Source of the DNA: a virus
Taxonomy: Duplodnaviria > Caudoviricetes
Length of the DNA stretch: 64,000 bases
Direction: 5' to 3' (one strand)
IMG/VR virus record: IMGVR_UViG_2939020026_000003
Span: 32,001-96,000 of that record
Each line of letters starts with the position of its first letter. Within the stretch, counting starts at the first letter, position 1. A program made the translations under genes and the position numbers. Below are positions 19,292 to 28,501 of this stretch, piece by piece. The notes below the pieces were generated by a model. That model was not told the DNA's origin, did not search any database, and saw only the letters and a list, made by a program, of their open reading frames with translations.

Positions 19292-19304
19292 AATCAAGCA
19301 CTTG
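19292..19304 (+). promoter_or_regulatory. IHF-binding consensus in the att arm
   Basis: AATCAAGCACTTG matches WATCAANNNNTTR. Confidence 0.6.
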
Positions 19305-19324
19305 CAGAGGTTTGGAAAAAGCGT

Positions 19325-19347
19325 TTTGTACCAACGCTTTGTACCAA
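19325..19347 (+). repeat. Tandem TTTGTACCAA repeat, candidate arm sites (second element)
   Basis: Exact copies at 19325-19334 and 19338-19347. Confidence 0.6.
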
Positions 19348-19354
19348 AATAAAA

Positions 19355-19387
19355 TAGCCCTGATCTTCGGATTGGGGCTTTTTTTTG
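19355..19387 (+). terminator. Intrinsic terminator
   Basis: AGCCCTGATC-TTCG-GATTGGGGCT followed by a T-run. Confidence 0.75.
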
Positions 19388-19583
19388 CGCAGAATTTGAC
19401 CAACTGCTGGGGATCATTGATCTGTCCTGTCGAAGCCAAGCTCACAGGTAGGTCCACTTCATATCGGAGCGAATTTAAGACGTTGTAAGGCGCTTCGGCA
19501 TGCCCGTGACAAATCCGGTAGGGTGGGGGCTGAAAATCGCTCAAAACGCTTCACAGAGGCATCTCTACGTAGGATCGATACGC

Positions 19584-19973
19584 ATGAATCCGCAAGAATT
19601 GACTGATGAAGAACTCGATGCCCTTGAATCCCAAGCGATGGAAGCTCTAGCCGCGATGGTTGAAACTCTGGGTAAGCAAGCGAAGCCTGATGTGCGGGTC
19701 ACACGACTCGCGAATGTCGATGTTCAGAACCTAAGAAGGTGCAGCATCTTCACCCCTGAGCCGGGTTTCCATCTCTTCATGAAGCTTGAAACGCAGAGCG
19801 GCGAGTGGGTGGAAATCACACCAAACAACGACGGAGAGAATGCCGGGGCTTTCGTGGTGTACGAAAATGCCGAAGGTGATATTCGACGGATCGTGGCGGG
19901 TTCGCCAATCGTGCGTACTGGCGATGGTTGGGTGATTGAAAGCTCGGCTTACCGGGTCGAAATTCTGAATTGA
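19584..19973 (+). CDS. Hypothetical protein
   Basis: ATG 19584 with AGGA upstream; about 129 aa. Confidence 0.6.
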   Translation: MNPQELTDEELDALESQAMEALAAMVETLGKQAKPDVRVTRLANVDVQNLRRCSIFTPEPGFHLFMKLETQSGEWVEITPNNDGENAGAFVVYENAEGDIRRIVAGSPIVRTGDGWVIESSAYRVEILN

Positions 19974-20692
19974 AGTTAATCACACGCCAAACGTAGTTCA
20001 GAGCGCCTGTGCCAACTGCATGGTACTGAACTACCACTTCCTCATGTGAGAGCGGGGAATCTCCTTGAAAGGATCTGGCGTGGTTCGTTTTCTCGATGCG
20101 TGCGAGCTTCGCTGTAAACCTATTCTTAGATATTTGGCAAAGGATTTGTGGTTTGAGAATTGGGTGTGGCTTCTAAAAGGTGCCATTTACTCACAAATTA
20201 ACAGTTTCGAGCCTTTCGATGTGTGATTTATCAAAGATTGCTCTGAATGGCTCAAATTCGTGCGATTTGATAATTGTATAAATCTTCATTCTAAAGAACT
20301 ACAAATGCTTTAAATCCGCTTTTTATTTTTCATAGTCGAATCATTACGAAGGGAAAGCAAAAGGGTAAGTGTAGAAGCATTAAGGAAAAATCCATTTCCG
20401 CGAAGCGATTGGTCTTTACCTTCCTGCGTAGCAAGCGTTCTTGTTTTAAGCTTCTGACTTTCTCAAGAAATAACTAATTGATTTCTTAATGCAAGATTAA
20501 TTTTCATCACGCATTGCTTTCCAGTTCCCTTTTTTTAGTTCCCAATATCCCGTTCCCATTATAAAATTTTGGTGGTCGGCAGGATTGGTTAGGTTCGGGA
20601 TTGGTTTTTGCTGTTGGCTTTTAAATCTAAAAAACACGCGCGCACACACGTTGGAAATTCACCCCTTAATTTTAAAGGGCTGTAGAGTTGAT

Positions 20693-20823
20693 AAAGTACA
20701 CTGTACTGTACTTTATAACCAAAAATACTCAATTTATAAAGTACCCTGTGGTGTACTTTTTCAGGCTTTTTTTCCAGAGATTTCTGTGTTGGCGTTTTTA
20801 AGAAGTACACCACAGTGTACTTT
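20693..20823. repeat. Three 22-bp palindromic iteron-like repeats (candidate origin)
   Basis: AAAGTACACTGTACTGTACTTT 20693-20714; AAAGTACCCTGTGGTGTACTTT 20738-20759; inverted copy GAAGTACACCACAGTGTACTTT 20802-20823. Confidence 0.8.
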
Positions 20824-21212
20824 GTACGTCATCAAATATGGGTAAAATCGATTTGGATTGGTCTCAATATTTCCGTGATCAAGGTATTTTGCGAGATGCA
20901 CCTTCATTGAAATCCGTAAGTGGTTAATATTTCAATTCGTGCATTATAATAATAATCGATTAAATTCCGCCTAACGCCGAAATTTCTGTTATCAATATGA
21001 TATATTGATAAAACAAGAAATAAAACGGAGTAATTATATGGCATTTACGTTTATCAGTCACAATCCAAATACTAAAAAGAAACTAGCTGAATTAGCGCAT
21101 GAGAGCACCAATGCTTATGTGTTGCTGATGTTTCTGATGATTGAGTCAGACGAGTTTTATGGTAAGCATCAAGTCACTTATCAAAACTATGAATCAATGG
21201 CTGCTTACCTAG

Positions 21213-22421
21213 GGAGACGCTGAACAATTAACCCGTTCGCACCGTCCCCATTTCCAAGCCGGTTTTTTTCAACCTGCCGGCCTTATTTTACGTTTCTCGA
21301 GCAGATTTCTGCCCTCATTTTGCTGAAAGGCGGGCCAGTCCCGCCTTTCAGACGGATTTATCCTGCCGTCTGTTGTAAATACCGCTTGGCCAGCATCAGA
21401 TTGGCCAACCCAAACAAACTGAACAACTGCGCTGTATTCTTTTCCAGCCCACGGTAGCGAACCTTGCGATGATTGAAGCGCACCTTGATTACCTGGAAGG
21501 GGTGCTCGACCTTGGCACGCAGTTGCGCCTTGGCATATTCAATTTTGCGCTTGACCCGATACAGCACGCTGCCTTCGCCGTGCTGCTTGTAACTGCTTGG
21601 CCGTTCTGCAATCGACCAGATAACGTCCCGTTCAGCATGCTCCGGTCGCTTGGCCGCACCGGTGTATCCAGCGTCACCCGAAACATAGGTTTCGTCACCG
21701 TGAAGCAACTGGCCAACCTGGGTGACATCCGCCACGTTAGCGGCCGTCCCTACTACGCTGTGCACCAGCCCCGACGTGGCGTCTACACCAATGTGGGCCT
21801 TCATCCCAAAGTGCCATTGATTGCCTTTCCTGGCCTGATGCATCTCAGGATCACGCTTGCCTTCTCGGTTCTTGACCGAGGGCGGCGCGGCGATCAGAGT
21901 AGCGTCGACGATAGTGCCTTCCTTGAGCAGCAGCCCCCGGCTGGCCAGATGCTGGTTAATCGTTTCAAACAGCAGCCGGGTTAGCTGATGGACTTCCAGC
22001 AAGCGGCGAAAACGCAGCAAGGTGGTGGCATCCGGTGCAGACTCGCGACCCAGGTCGATACCCATAAAACCGCGGATGGCCTGGCTGTCGTAGACGGCAT
22101 CTTCGCAACCTTCATCGGAGAAACCGAAACACTGCTGCACGACGTACATGCGCAACATGCGCGACACCCCTATCGCAGGGCGTCCGCGCTTGCCTGCGGT
22201 GTTGCTATAAAACGGCGCCACTTGCGCCTCCAGCAGGGCCCAGGGCACCAACTGTTCAAGGTCAGCCAGGAAGCGATCTCGGCGAGTCTGCTTTTTCTTG
22301 CCGGTATATTCGAGTTCGGAGAAGGTCTTCTGCACGCGCGTAACGCTCACGGAGAGGGAGGCTGTTGAAGGAACTTAGTGTGCCAAGGGTGGGGACAGTT
22401 GGCTATTTTTGCAGCGCCTCC
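21213..22421 (-). mobile_element. IS5-family element, copy 1 (1209 bp)
   Basis: Imperfect IRs GGAGACGCTGAACAAT / GGAGGCGCTGCAAAAAT; CTAG on both sides. Confidence 0.97.
21358..22350 (-). CDS. IS5-family DDE transposase
   Basis: IVDAT, HFGMKAHIGVD, GDAGY and RAKVEHPF motifs. Confidence 0.97.
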   Translation of the reverse strand: MSVTRVQKTFSELEYTGKKKQTRRDRFLADLEQLVPWALLEAQVAPFYSNTAGKRGRPAIGVSRMLRMYVVQQCFGFSDEGCEDAVYDSQAIRGFMGIDLGRESAPDATTLLRFRRLLEVHQLTRLLFETINQHLASRGLLLKEGTIVDATLIAAPPSVKNREGKRDPEMHQARKGNQWHFGMKAHIGVDATSGLVHSVVGTAANVADVTQVGQLLHGDETYVSGDAGYTGAAKRPEHAERDVIWSIAERPSSYKQHGEGSVLYRVKRKIEYAKAQLRAKVEHPFQVIKVRFNHRKVRYRGLEKNTAQLFSLFGLANLMLAKRYLQQTAG

Positions 22422-22425
22422 CTAG

Positions 22426-23634
22426 GGAGACGCTGAACAATTAACCCGTTCGCACCGTCCCCATTTCCAAGCCGGTTTTTTTCAACCTGCCGGCCTTATT
22501 TTACGTTTCTCGAGCAGATTTCTGCCCTCATTTTGCTGAAAGGCGGGCCAGTCCCGCCTTTCAGACGGATTTATCCTGCCGTCTGTTGTAAATACCGCTT
22601 GGCCAGCATCAGATTGGCCAACCCAAACAAACTGAACAACTGCGCTGTATTCTTTTCCAGCCCACGGTAGCGAACCTTGCGATGATTGAAGCGCACCTTG
22701 ATTACCTGGAAGGGGTGCTCGACCTTGGCACGCAGTTGCGCCTTGGCATATTCAATTTTGCGCTTGACCCGATACAGCACGCTGCCTTCGCCGTGCTGCT
22801 TGTAACTGCTTGGCCGTTCTGCAATCGACCAGATAACGTCCCGTTCAGCATGCTCCGGTCGCTTGGCCGCACCGGTGTATCCAGCGTCACCCGAAACATA
22901 GGTTTCGTCACCGTGAAGCAACTGGCCAACCTGGGTGACATCCGCCACGTTAGCGGCCGTCCCTACTACGCTGTGCACCAGCCCCGACGTGGCGTCTACA
23001 CCAATGTGGGCCTTCATCCCAAAGTGCCATTGATTGCCTTTCCTGGCCTGATGCATCTCAGGATCACGCTTGCCTTCTCGGTTCTTGACCGAGGGCGGCG
23101 CGGCGATCAGAGTAGCGTCGACGATAGTGCCTTCCTTGAGCAGCAGCCCCCGGCTGGCCAGATGCTGGTTAATCGTTTCAAACAGCAGCCGGGTTAGCTG
23201 ATGGACTTCCAGCAAGCGGCGAAAACGCAGCAAGGTGGTGGCATCCGGTGCAGACTCGCGACCCAGGTCGATACCCATAAAACCGCGGATGGCCTGGCTG
23301 TCGTAGACGGCATCTTCGCAACCTTCATCGGAGAAACCGAAACACTGCTGCACGACGTACATGCGCAACATGCGCGACACCCCTATCGCAGGGCGTCCGC
23401 GCTTGCCTGCGGTGTTGCTATAAAACGGCGCCACTTGCGCCTCCAGCAGGGCCCAGGGCACCAACTGTTCAAGGTCAGCCAGGAAGCGATCTCGGCGAGT
23501 CTGCTTTTTCTTGCCGGTATATTCGAGTTCGGAGAAGGTCTTCTGCACGCGCGTAACGCTCACGGAGAGGGAGGCTGTTGAAGGAACTTAGTGTGCCAAG
23601 GGTGGGGACAGTTGGCTATTTTTGCAGCGCCTCC
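22426..23634 (-). mobile_element. IS5-family element, copy 2 (tandem with copy 1)
   Basis: Same sequence; CTAG at 22422-22425 and 23635-23638. Confidence 0.97.
22571..23563 (-). CDS. IS5-family DDE transposase
   Basis: Protein identical to copy 1. Confidence 0.97.
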   Translation of the reverse strand: MSVTRVQKTFSELEYTGKKKQTRRDRFLADLEQLVPWALLEAQVAPFYSNTAGKRGRPAIGVSRMLRMYVVQQCFGFSDEGCEDAVYDSQAIRGFMGIDLGRESAPDATTLLRFRRLLEVHQLTRLLFETINQHLASRGLLLKEGTIVDATLIAAPPSVKNREGKRDPEMHQARKGNQWHFGMKAHIGVDATSGLVHSVVGTAANVADVTQVGQLLHGDETYVSGDAGYTGAAKRPEHAERDVIWSIAERPSSYKQHGEGSVLYRVKRKIEYAKAQLRAKVEHPFQVIKVRFNHRKVRYRGLEKNTAQLFSLFGLANLMLAKRYLQQTAG

Positions 23635-23772
23635 CTAGGGAAGTCGAAGGAAACAGTTAGGGTTGCGCTCAATATTTTAAGAAGAAGGATGCTCATTTCA
23701 GAAGAGTATGACGCGAAAAATAGAAATTTCCTAATCGAAGTTTTAGTAAATAAATTTTAAAAAGAAGATTAG

Positions 23773-24273
23773 GTGATTGAAATGAATAACCCCTTTAAGA
23801 GCGTGATATCTGTCAAAGATGTGGTGCAGTCTTTTTATCAGACTAACCTAAAGGCTCGTCCGCTGCTGTCTGCAGTTAATAGATCTGATAGCTACGCCAG
23901 AGATATTTTGGACATGGCTTGCGAGATGATGGATAGAAATAATGAATGTACAGTTACTTATGCTGAGTTAGATAAGGAGCTTGGAATTAAGCAATCAAGG
24001 ACACGTACACGCTCTGTGAACATCCTTAGAATGCTCAATTTGGTAGACACAATCAATGGCAACAAAAAAGGAGTCATTCTGTTCAGAATCAATGCTAGAG
24101 CGTTCAGTAAAACAGGCATAAACGTTAAGGAAAAGGACGGAAGATTTTGCGATGATCTGAATTCAGAAATGATTGGTAAAGATGGGAAGGTAAAAAAAGA
24201 GTGCATTGAGTCGTATAGATACTACGAAAAGAATCAGGAAAAGGTAGAGAAAAATGATGGTTTGCCTTTTTGA
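23773..24273 (+). CDS. RepL-like winged-helix protein
   Basis: MDRNNECTVTYAELDKELGI...FRINARAF pattern. Confidence 0.6.
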   Translation: MIEMNNPFKSVISVKDVVQSFYQTNLKARPLLSAVNRSDSYARDILDMACEMMDRNNECTVTYAELDKELGIKQSRTRTRSVNILRMLNLVDTINGNKKGVILFRINARAFSKTGINVKEKDGRFCDDLNSEMIGKDGKVKKECIESYRYYEKNQEKVEKNDGLPF

Positions 24274-24419
24274 TCTGCGTAGCAATGTAGTTCATAGGTA
24301 TTTATTTTAGGTATTGCTAATCCTCAAATTTGAGGATTGTTTTTAACAAATATTTTCTTTTGTCTGTTGATTTGTTGGTTTCAAATGTTACTATATTTGA
24401 AATAAACATTAATTTAACA

Positions 24420-24794
24420 ATGAACACTAAAGCAGATACTCTTTTTCATTTGATAGCAGCACATAATGGGTTTTCTCCCAGCACAGAAAAGGTTTTCAGG
24501 GAACTGATGAAGTTTCTCGATTCCGATGGTCTGATAAATATCAATTTCTATCATAAAAAACATATTTCTAATGAGGCTGGCGTAGCTACTCATACCGTCA
24601 ATAACATTATTTTGAAATTGAAAAAATCGGGTTTTCTCAAATCTGTTGATACAGGTTGCTTCAAGCCAAGTAAATCATTATTCGTGAATGATTATTTCGA
24701 TGGATTGTATGCGCGCACTGGATGGAAGAATCTGAATTATGAAATAAAGATAAATAGCAACACTGGGTTGATGCAAGTGATAGGTGCAGTATGA
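24420..24794 (+). CDS. Winged-helix protein (RepL-like)
   Basis: ATG 24420 after the element promoter motif; KKHISNEAGVATHTVNNIILKLKKSGFL HTH. Confidence 0.65.
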   Translation: MNTKADTLFHLIAAHNGFSPSTEKVFRELMKFLDSDGLININFYHKKHISNEAGVATHTVNNIILKLKKSGFLKSVDTGCFKPSKSLFVNDYFDGLYARTGWKNLNYEIKINSNTGLMQVIGAV

Positions 24795-25669
24795 ATTACG
24801 CCTCTGTCTCAGACCGCCAGAAATTCCTTGTGAGCCAGCTTTCAACCTTCGATGCTGACCATTTCATCGTCATCGTGAAGCCTAACGCTGCGCTGCGCAG
24901 AAAGGGCAAGACAGATCTCACAATCAACCATATCCCTCGCACGTCAGGCTTCAGGTCTATTGGATACGCCGTGGAAGACTTCATGCAGTCAAGGCTCTGG
25001 AATTGTCTCAGTAAATACAACTCTGAGGGCTACAGCATCACAGTGAAGTGTAAGTCCACGAAGTACCACTACGTTGCGCTCTATGACGTGAGCCACGCAG
25101 AGCTGACAAGGCTGGTGGAAGGTGAAGGCGCGGCTCCTTGCTTCGTGAGCTTCCTGAGCGAAAACGACCGTCAAGAGAGGTTCTACTCAGTAGTCCTGCG
25201 CTTCTGTGTGACGGACCATAAGAAAGACAAGATTTACGCGAAGAAAGTGGCTAGCAGCTTTCAAGTCAAATATGGCTTGAAGAAGATTGACGACCTTGAA
25301 GCCTGCATTCCATTGGCAGGGTTTTGGGACAAGAAATCAGGAACGTTGGTGAAACCTAGCCGTGTGAAAAGTCGCGATTGTGAAGCCTGTACAAAGCGTT
25401 TAGCGATGTTCGTGAAGGGTGGGCTGGCAGATCTGCAGGATGAGCCAGAAGCCCCCTTAATCGACCGTTCTGGCAATGATGACTTCTATTTCGAGTCATG
25501 CCTTCAGATGATGGTTTACAACGCCAATAAAGCCGGTGACGTGATAGACGAAGCTGACATTGAAAGACGGTTGATAAATAAATTGGTCAAAGAGCATTAT
25601 CACATCGACCAAATCAAAGGATTTTTCGTTCGACGCGAAATGCCAAAAGAAGAGGTCTGCGATTTCTAA
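24791..25669 (+). CDS. RepB DNA-primase-like protein (possibly degenerate)
   Basis: YVALYDV...GAAPCFV...LAGFWDKK motif spacing resembles the RepB primase domain; ATGA overlap. Confidence 0.55.
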   Translation: MNYASVSDRQKFLVSQLSTFDADHFIVIVKPNAALRRKGKTDLTINHIPRTSGFRSIGYAVEDFMQSRLWNCLSKYNSEGYSITVKCKSTKYHYVALYDVSHAELTRLVEGEGAAPCFVSFLSENDRQERFYSVVLRFCVTDHKKDKIYAKKVASSFQVKYGLKKIDDLEACIPLAGFWDKKSGTLVKPSRVKSRDCEACTKRLAMFVKGGLADLQDEPEAPLIDRSGNDDFYFESCLQMMVYNANKAGDVIDEADIERRLINKLVKEHYHIDQIKGFFVRREMPKEEVCDF

Positions 25670-25799
25670 AAAGAATCGCTTGCAGCCGGTTACGGACCGA
25701 TCAGTAATTTTTCAGCCCTGCACATAATTTTGATGCCGAGAAAATTTAAATTATTTTCGATAAAGGCTTGAGTTTCATAATTAAATGGTAGAATAAAAT

Positions 25800-25921
25800 G
25801 GTAGGCAGATAAAAGTATTATTTGGTTGTAAGATTTCGAGTCTGTCTACGGGTTTCATTTTTAAATTATTTGTTATCAAAAACATCTCCGTTTTTGAACC
25901 GCCCGCGTTGGCGGTTTTTTT
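25800..25921 (+). ncRNA. Candidate small RNA 1
   Basis: AAATGGTAGAAT at 25783-25794, stem GTAGGCAGA/TCTGTCTAC, terminator AACCGCC/GGCGGTT with a T-run. Confidence 0.4.
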
Positions 25922-25958
25922 CGTATCGATCTTGTCAGGCGCAGGGAATCGATCAATC

Positions 25959-26441
25959 ATGCGCCTTTCCATCTGCATGGGGATTTTGCAAATGGCTTGG
26001 AAATTCAGAGATCGGTACATGCTAGGGGAGGTCATCACCATCCCATTCGACATAACTCAAAAGCTTCAAAAGCTAAACGATACCCTTGATGCCTATCGCT
26101 GGTACGAACTGCTTCCAGCCAAAGAGCGTGAAAAAACCATTGGTGATGGCGGAATCCTAGCTGATATTCTGACGAAGCACGTCATGTGCTGCTATTACAT
26201 CGGCTGGTTCGACATCGAAGACTATGAAGCCTTTGAGAATTACAAAAAGGATTTTAGGAAATTCTTCATCGACCCTCACCCAGCTTTCGCCGCCTGCCGG
26301 TTTGCTGCCTGTTTGGGCTTCATTCGGCATCAGAGAAAGCTTATCGACCAATGCGAATTTCTTTCCAGTGTTCAGGAGGGTGATAGCATTTTCACTAACA
26401 AATCAATAAATATTGAAAGCCAAAGTATCCCTTGGGATTGA
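25959..26441 (+). CDS. Hypothetical protein (start uncertain)
   Basis: Open frame only; no motif recognised. Confidence 0.5.
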   Translation: MRLSICMGILQMAWKFRDRYMLGEVITIPFDITQKLQKLNDTLDAYRWYELLPAKEREKTIGDGGILADILTKHVMCCYYIGWFDIEDYEAFENYKKDFRKFFIDPHPAFAACRFAACLGFIRHQRKLIDQCEFLSSVQEGDSIFTNKSINIESQSIPWD

Positions 26442-26606
26442 GATCAGTAAATAATCAGATCGGCTGGGTATCCCAGCTTTTCTGTCTCAGGCGCTACGTC
26501 TGGAATGTCATGGTCTTCAATCAATCCGCCTTCGAGGATTAGCTCTCTCAGAATTGACAACTCTTGTTGATTTTCATGCTCGATTTGTTCATGTGATTTA
26601 GTCATT

Positions 26607-27746
26607 TTATGTTCTCTTGTAGTTTGATTTTTTGTAGGGCTTTTTCGGTCCTTCGTTTTCTAGTTCAGGCTTCGATTCGGAGCTGATGCGGGCAATGACC
26701 ATCTCCTTGATGGTCGGATTTAGGGGAAGCTCAGGGTTGGCTTTGTACTTCGCTGTGAGGTTCGTAACCACCTCATAAATTATTGGATTCGCCGTACGGT
26801 CTGCATCATGCGCAGCTTTCATCACGTCTGCTGGTTTGAGATTGTTGCGTGCCCAGCTCACGTCATAGACGGTGTGATTGTCCATGAACCCTTTGTCCAG
26901 CTCTTCGCGTGTATGAGGGTCTATCGTCACGTCCAAGTGCTTGATGACTGACTGAGCTGAGAGATTGGCTACCAGCTCTTCGTATGCGCGATGCTTGTCG
27001 TCCTTGCCGTAGTCACGGAGGGAGATTCGATTCTTGCGGGACTCATGCCCATAGGAGTGGGAGACTTCATGTAGCAGGGTGTTCAGTTCGTGAAGGCGGC
27101 TCTTGAACACGTTGGATGGGTTCATGACTATCACGTCTGCCGCAGGGCGGTAATGGTTCGAACCGATGACACGTACAAGCCTAGTGGGCATCGTTTCCAA
27201 AACGGCTTGATAGACGGTCTCAAGCTCTTCTGGCGTGGCTTTTGGAGTCTGAGTATTGAGACGTGATTTGAATTTTTCTGGAAGCTCGCCTGTGAACTGC
27301 GCGATGTTGAAGACTGCAGTCAGCTTCGCGGCAGGAATGTAGATCGCCTTTGCCTTGGCTTCCCCGTTATTCTCCAAACCCTGCTTCTGCTGGTCCTTCG
27401 CATACCCAACCGGCACACCGAAGCGTTTGATGATGCAGTGAGATTTTTCGCCGTTGTTGCTCAAGCCCTCAGCGAAGCCCTGTTTTGCGGTGAGGTAGTA
27501 GGATGTGCCGTAGTCTTTCTCGAAGGCGGAATCTTGAAGGAGCAGTGAGTTTTCGAGGTTGTACATTGTGCCTGATGCGAGGTTTTTGTAAGGCATGGAG
27601 AAGACTGGGTGATTCCAGATGTTCTTGTATTCACCATCGTCAATTTTTGAGAATATTTTCTCGACTCGCTCCGCAAGGAAATCTGAAACCTTCTGGTTGG
27701 AATCTCCGGCGTATTCTTTCTTTTGTTTTGCTGTGAGTGCTGCCAT
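26607..27746 (-). CDS. ardC: ArdC-like antirestriction / ssDNA-binding protein with zincin domain
   Basis: W..P, N..SG..Y...N, VFNIAQ, LLHEVSH and YEELVA motifs. Confidence 0.88.
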   Translation of the reverse strand: MAALTAKQKKEYAGDSNQKVSDFLAERVEKIFSKIDDGEYKNIWNHPVFSMPYKNLASGTMYNLENSLLLQDSAFEKDYGTSYYLTAKQGFAEGLSNNGEKSHCIIKRFGVPVGYAKDQQKQGLENNGEAKAKAIYIPAAKLTAVFNIAQFTGELPEKFKSRLNTQTPKATPEELETVYQAVLETMPTRLVRVIGSNHYRPAADVIVMNPSNVFKSRLHELNTLLHEVSHSYGHESRKNRISLRDYGKDDKHRAYEELVANLSAQSVIKHLDVTIDPHTREELDKGFMDNHTVYDVSWARNNLKPADVMKAAHDADRTANPIIYEVVTNLTAKYKANPELPLNPTIKEMVIARISSESKPELENEGPKKPYKKSNYKRT

Positions 27747-27905
27747 GTTTCACTGTTTTTGTTTTATGTGAATATTATAGCATTTACGGGTTTGTGCTTT
27801 TTGTCGCTTATGGCTGTTTTGTTGGGAAGAGGATTTAGTGTTATTGCGATAGCCCATTTCACTGCCGTAAAGCGGGAGGGTGGGCTTCTATTCACTGGTG
27901 TAGAA

Positions 27906-28430
27906 TTACTTCAATGCCTCTACTCCATCCTTTAGGGTCTGTTTAACTTCGTTTATTTTCGCAAAAGCTTTTTCTTTCAATGTCATTCCAGCAGTGACTT
28001 TGCCTTTTGAGTAAAGGACGTTTCGGATGTTTTGGCTCACGCGCTTCGTGGCAGTTAAGTGGATTTTGCTAAAGATCAAGGTCATCAAGAAAAAGAAAAT
28101 TATGGTGCAGAAGTAAACAACATGGATAATATCAGTCAATCCGCTGGAAGTCGCCGCCATCTGAATGTTGATGTATAGCAGTACGCCCTGAAAAACGGTT
28201 TGCAAAGTCATGATGAGCATAGGGATAGGCAGTAGGGTTTTCAGGAAGGGGTTTCTTCTGAAATAAATCCCCAATATGAAGAACCATGAAAGCCAAGCGA
28301 TTGGGGCTGCGACTGCACCAAAGAAAAGTAATGCATAAATTTTCGGAATGCTTTTTGTCTGTTCAATCCATTTCGTAAATTTGGCTAAATTTTTAGCCCT
28401 TGTTTCGTCGTATAGTATTTGATCACTCAT
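27906..28430 (-). CDS. Hypothetical membrane protein
   Basis: 3-4 hydrophobic segments; own promoter motif. Confidence 0.75.
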   Translation of the reverse strand: MSDQILYDETRAKNLAKFTKWIEQTKSIPKIYALLFFGAVAAPIAWLSWFFILGIYFRRNPFLKTLLPIPMLIMTLQTVFQGVLLYINIQMAATSSGLTDIIHVVYFCTIIFFFLMTLIFSKIHLTATKRVSQNIRNVLYSKGKVTAGMTLKEKAFAKINEVKQTLKDGVEALK

Positions 28431-28501
28431 TTAAATTAGCATTTGTTTCACTAATTATACCATTTCAAAAACAAACAAAAGGGCTTTAACACCCCTTGGT
28501 T

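Larger units (their letters stand above)
21038..23760 (+). pseudogene. RepL-like winged-helix gene (98 aa rejoined) split by a tandem IS5 pair
   Basis: Removing the IS pair gives in-frame ...YESMAAYLG|KSKETVRVALNIL... (HTH). Confidence 0.8.

Noticed and set aside
20693-20823. CRISPR array
   Set aside because: Only three repeats, unequal spacing (45 and 64 nt), third copy inverted, and no cas gene in the window.
21469-22368. Repeated 171-, 126- and 79-aa ORFs in every IS5 copy
   Set aside because: Antisense or alternate-frame shadows of the transposase.
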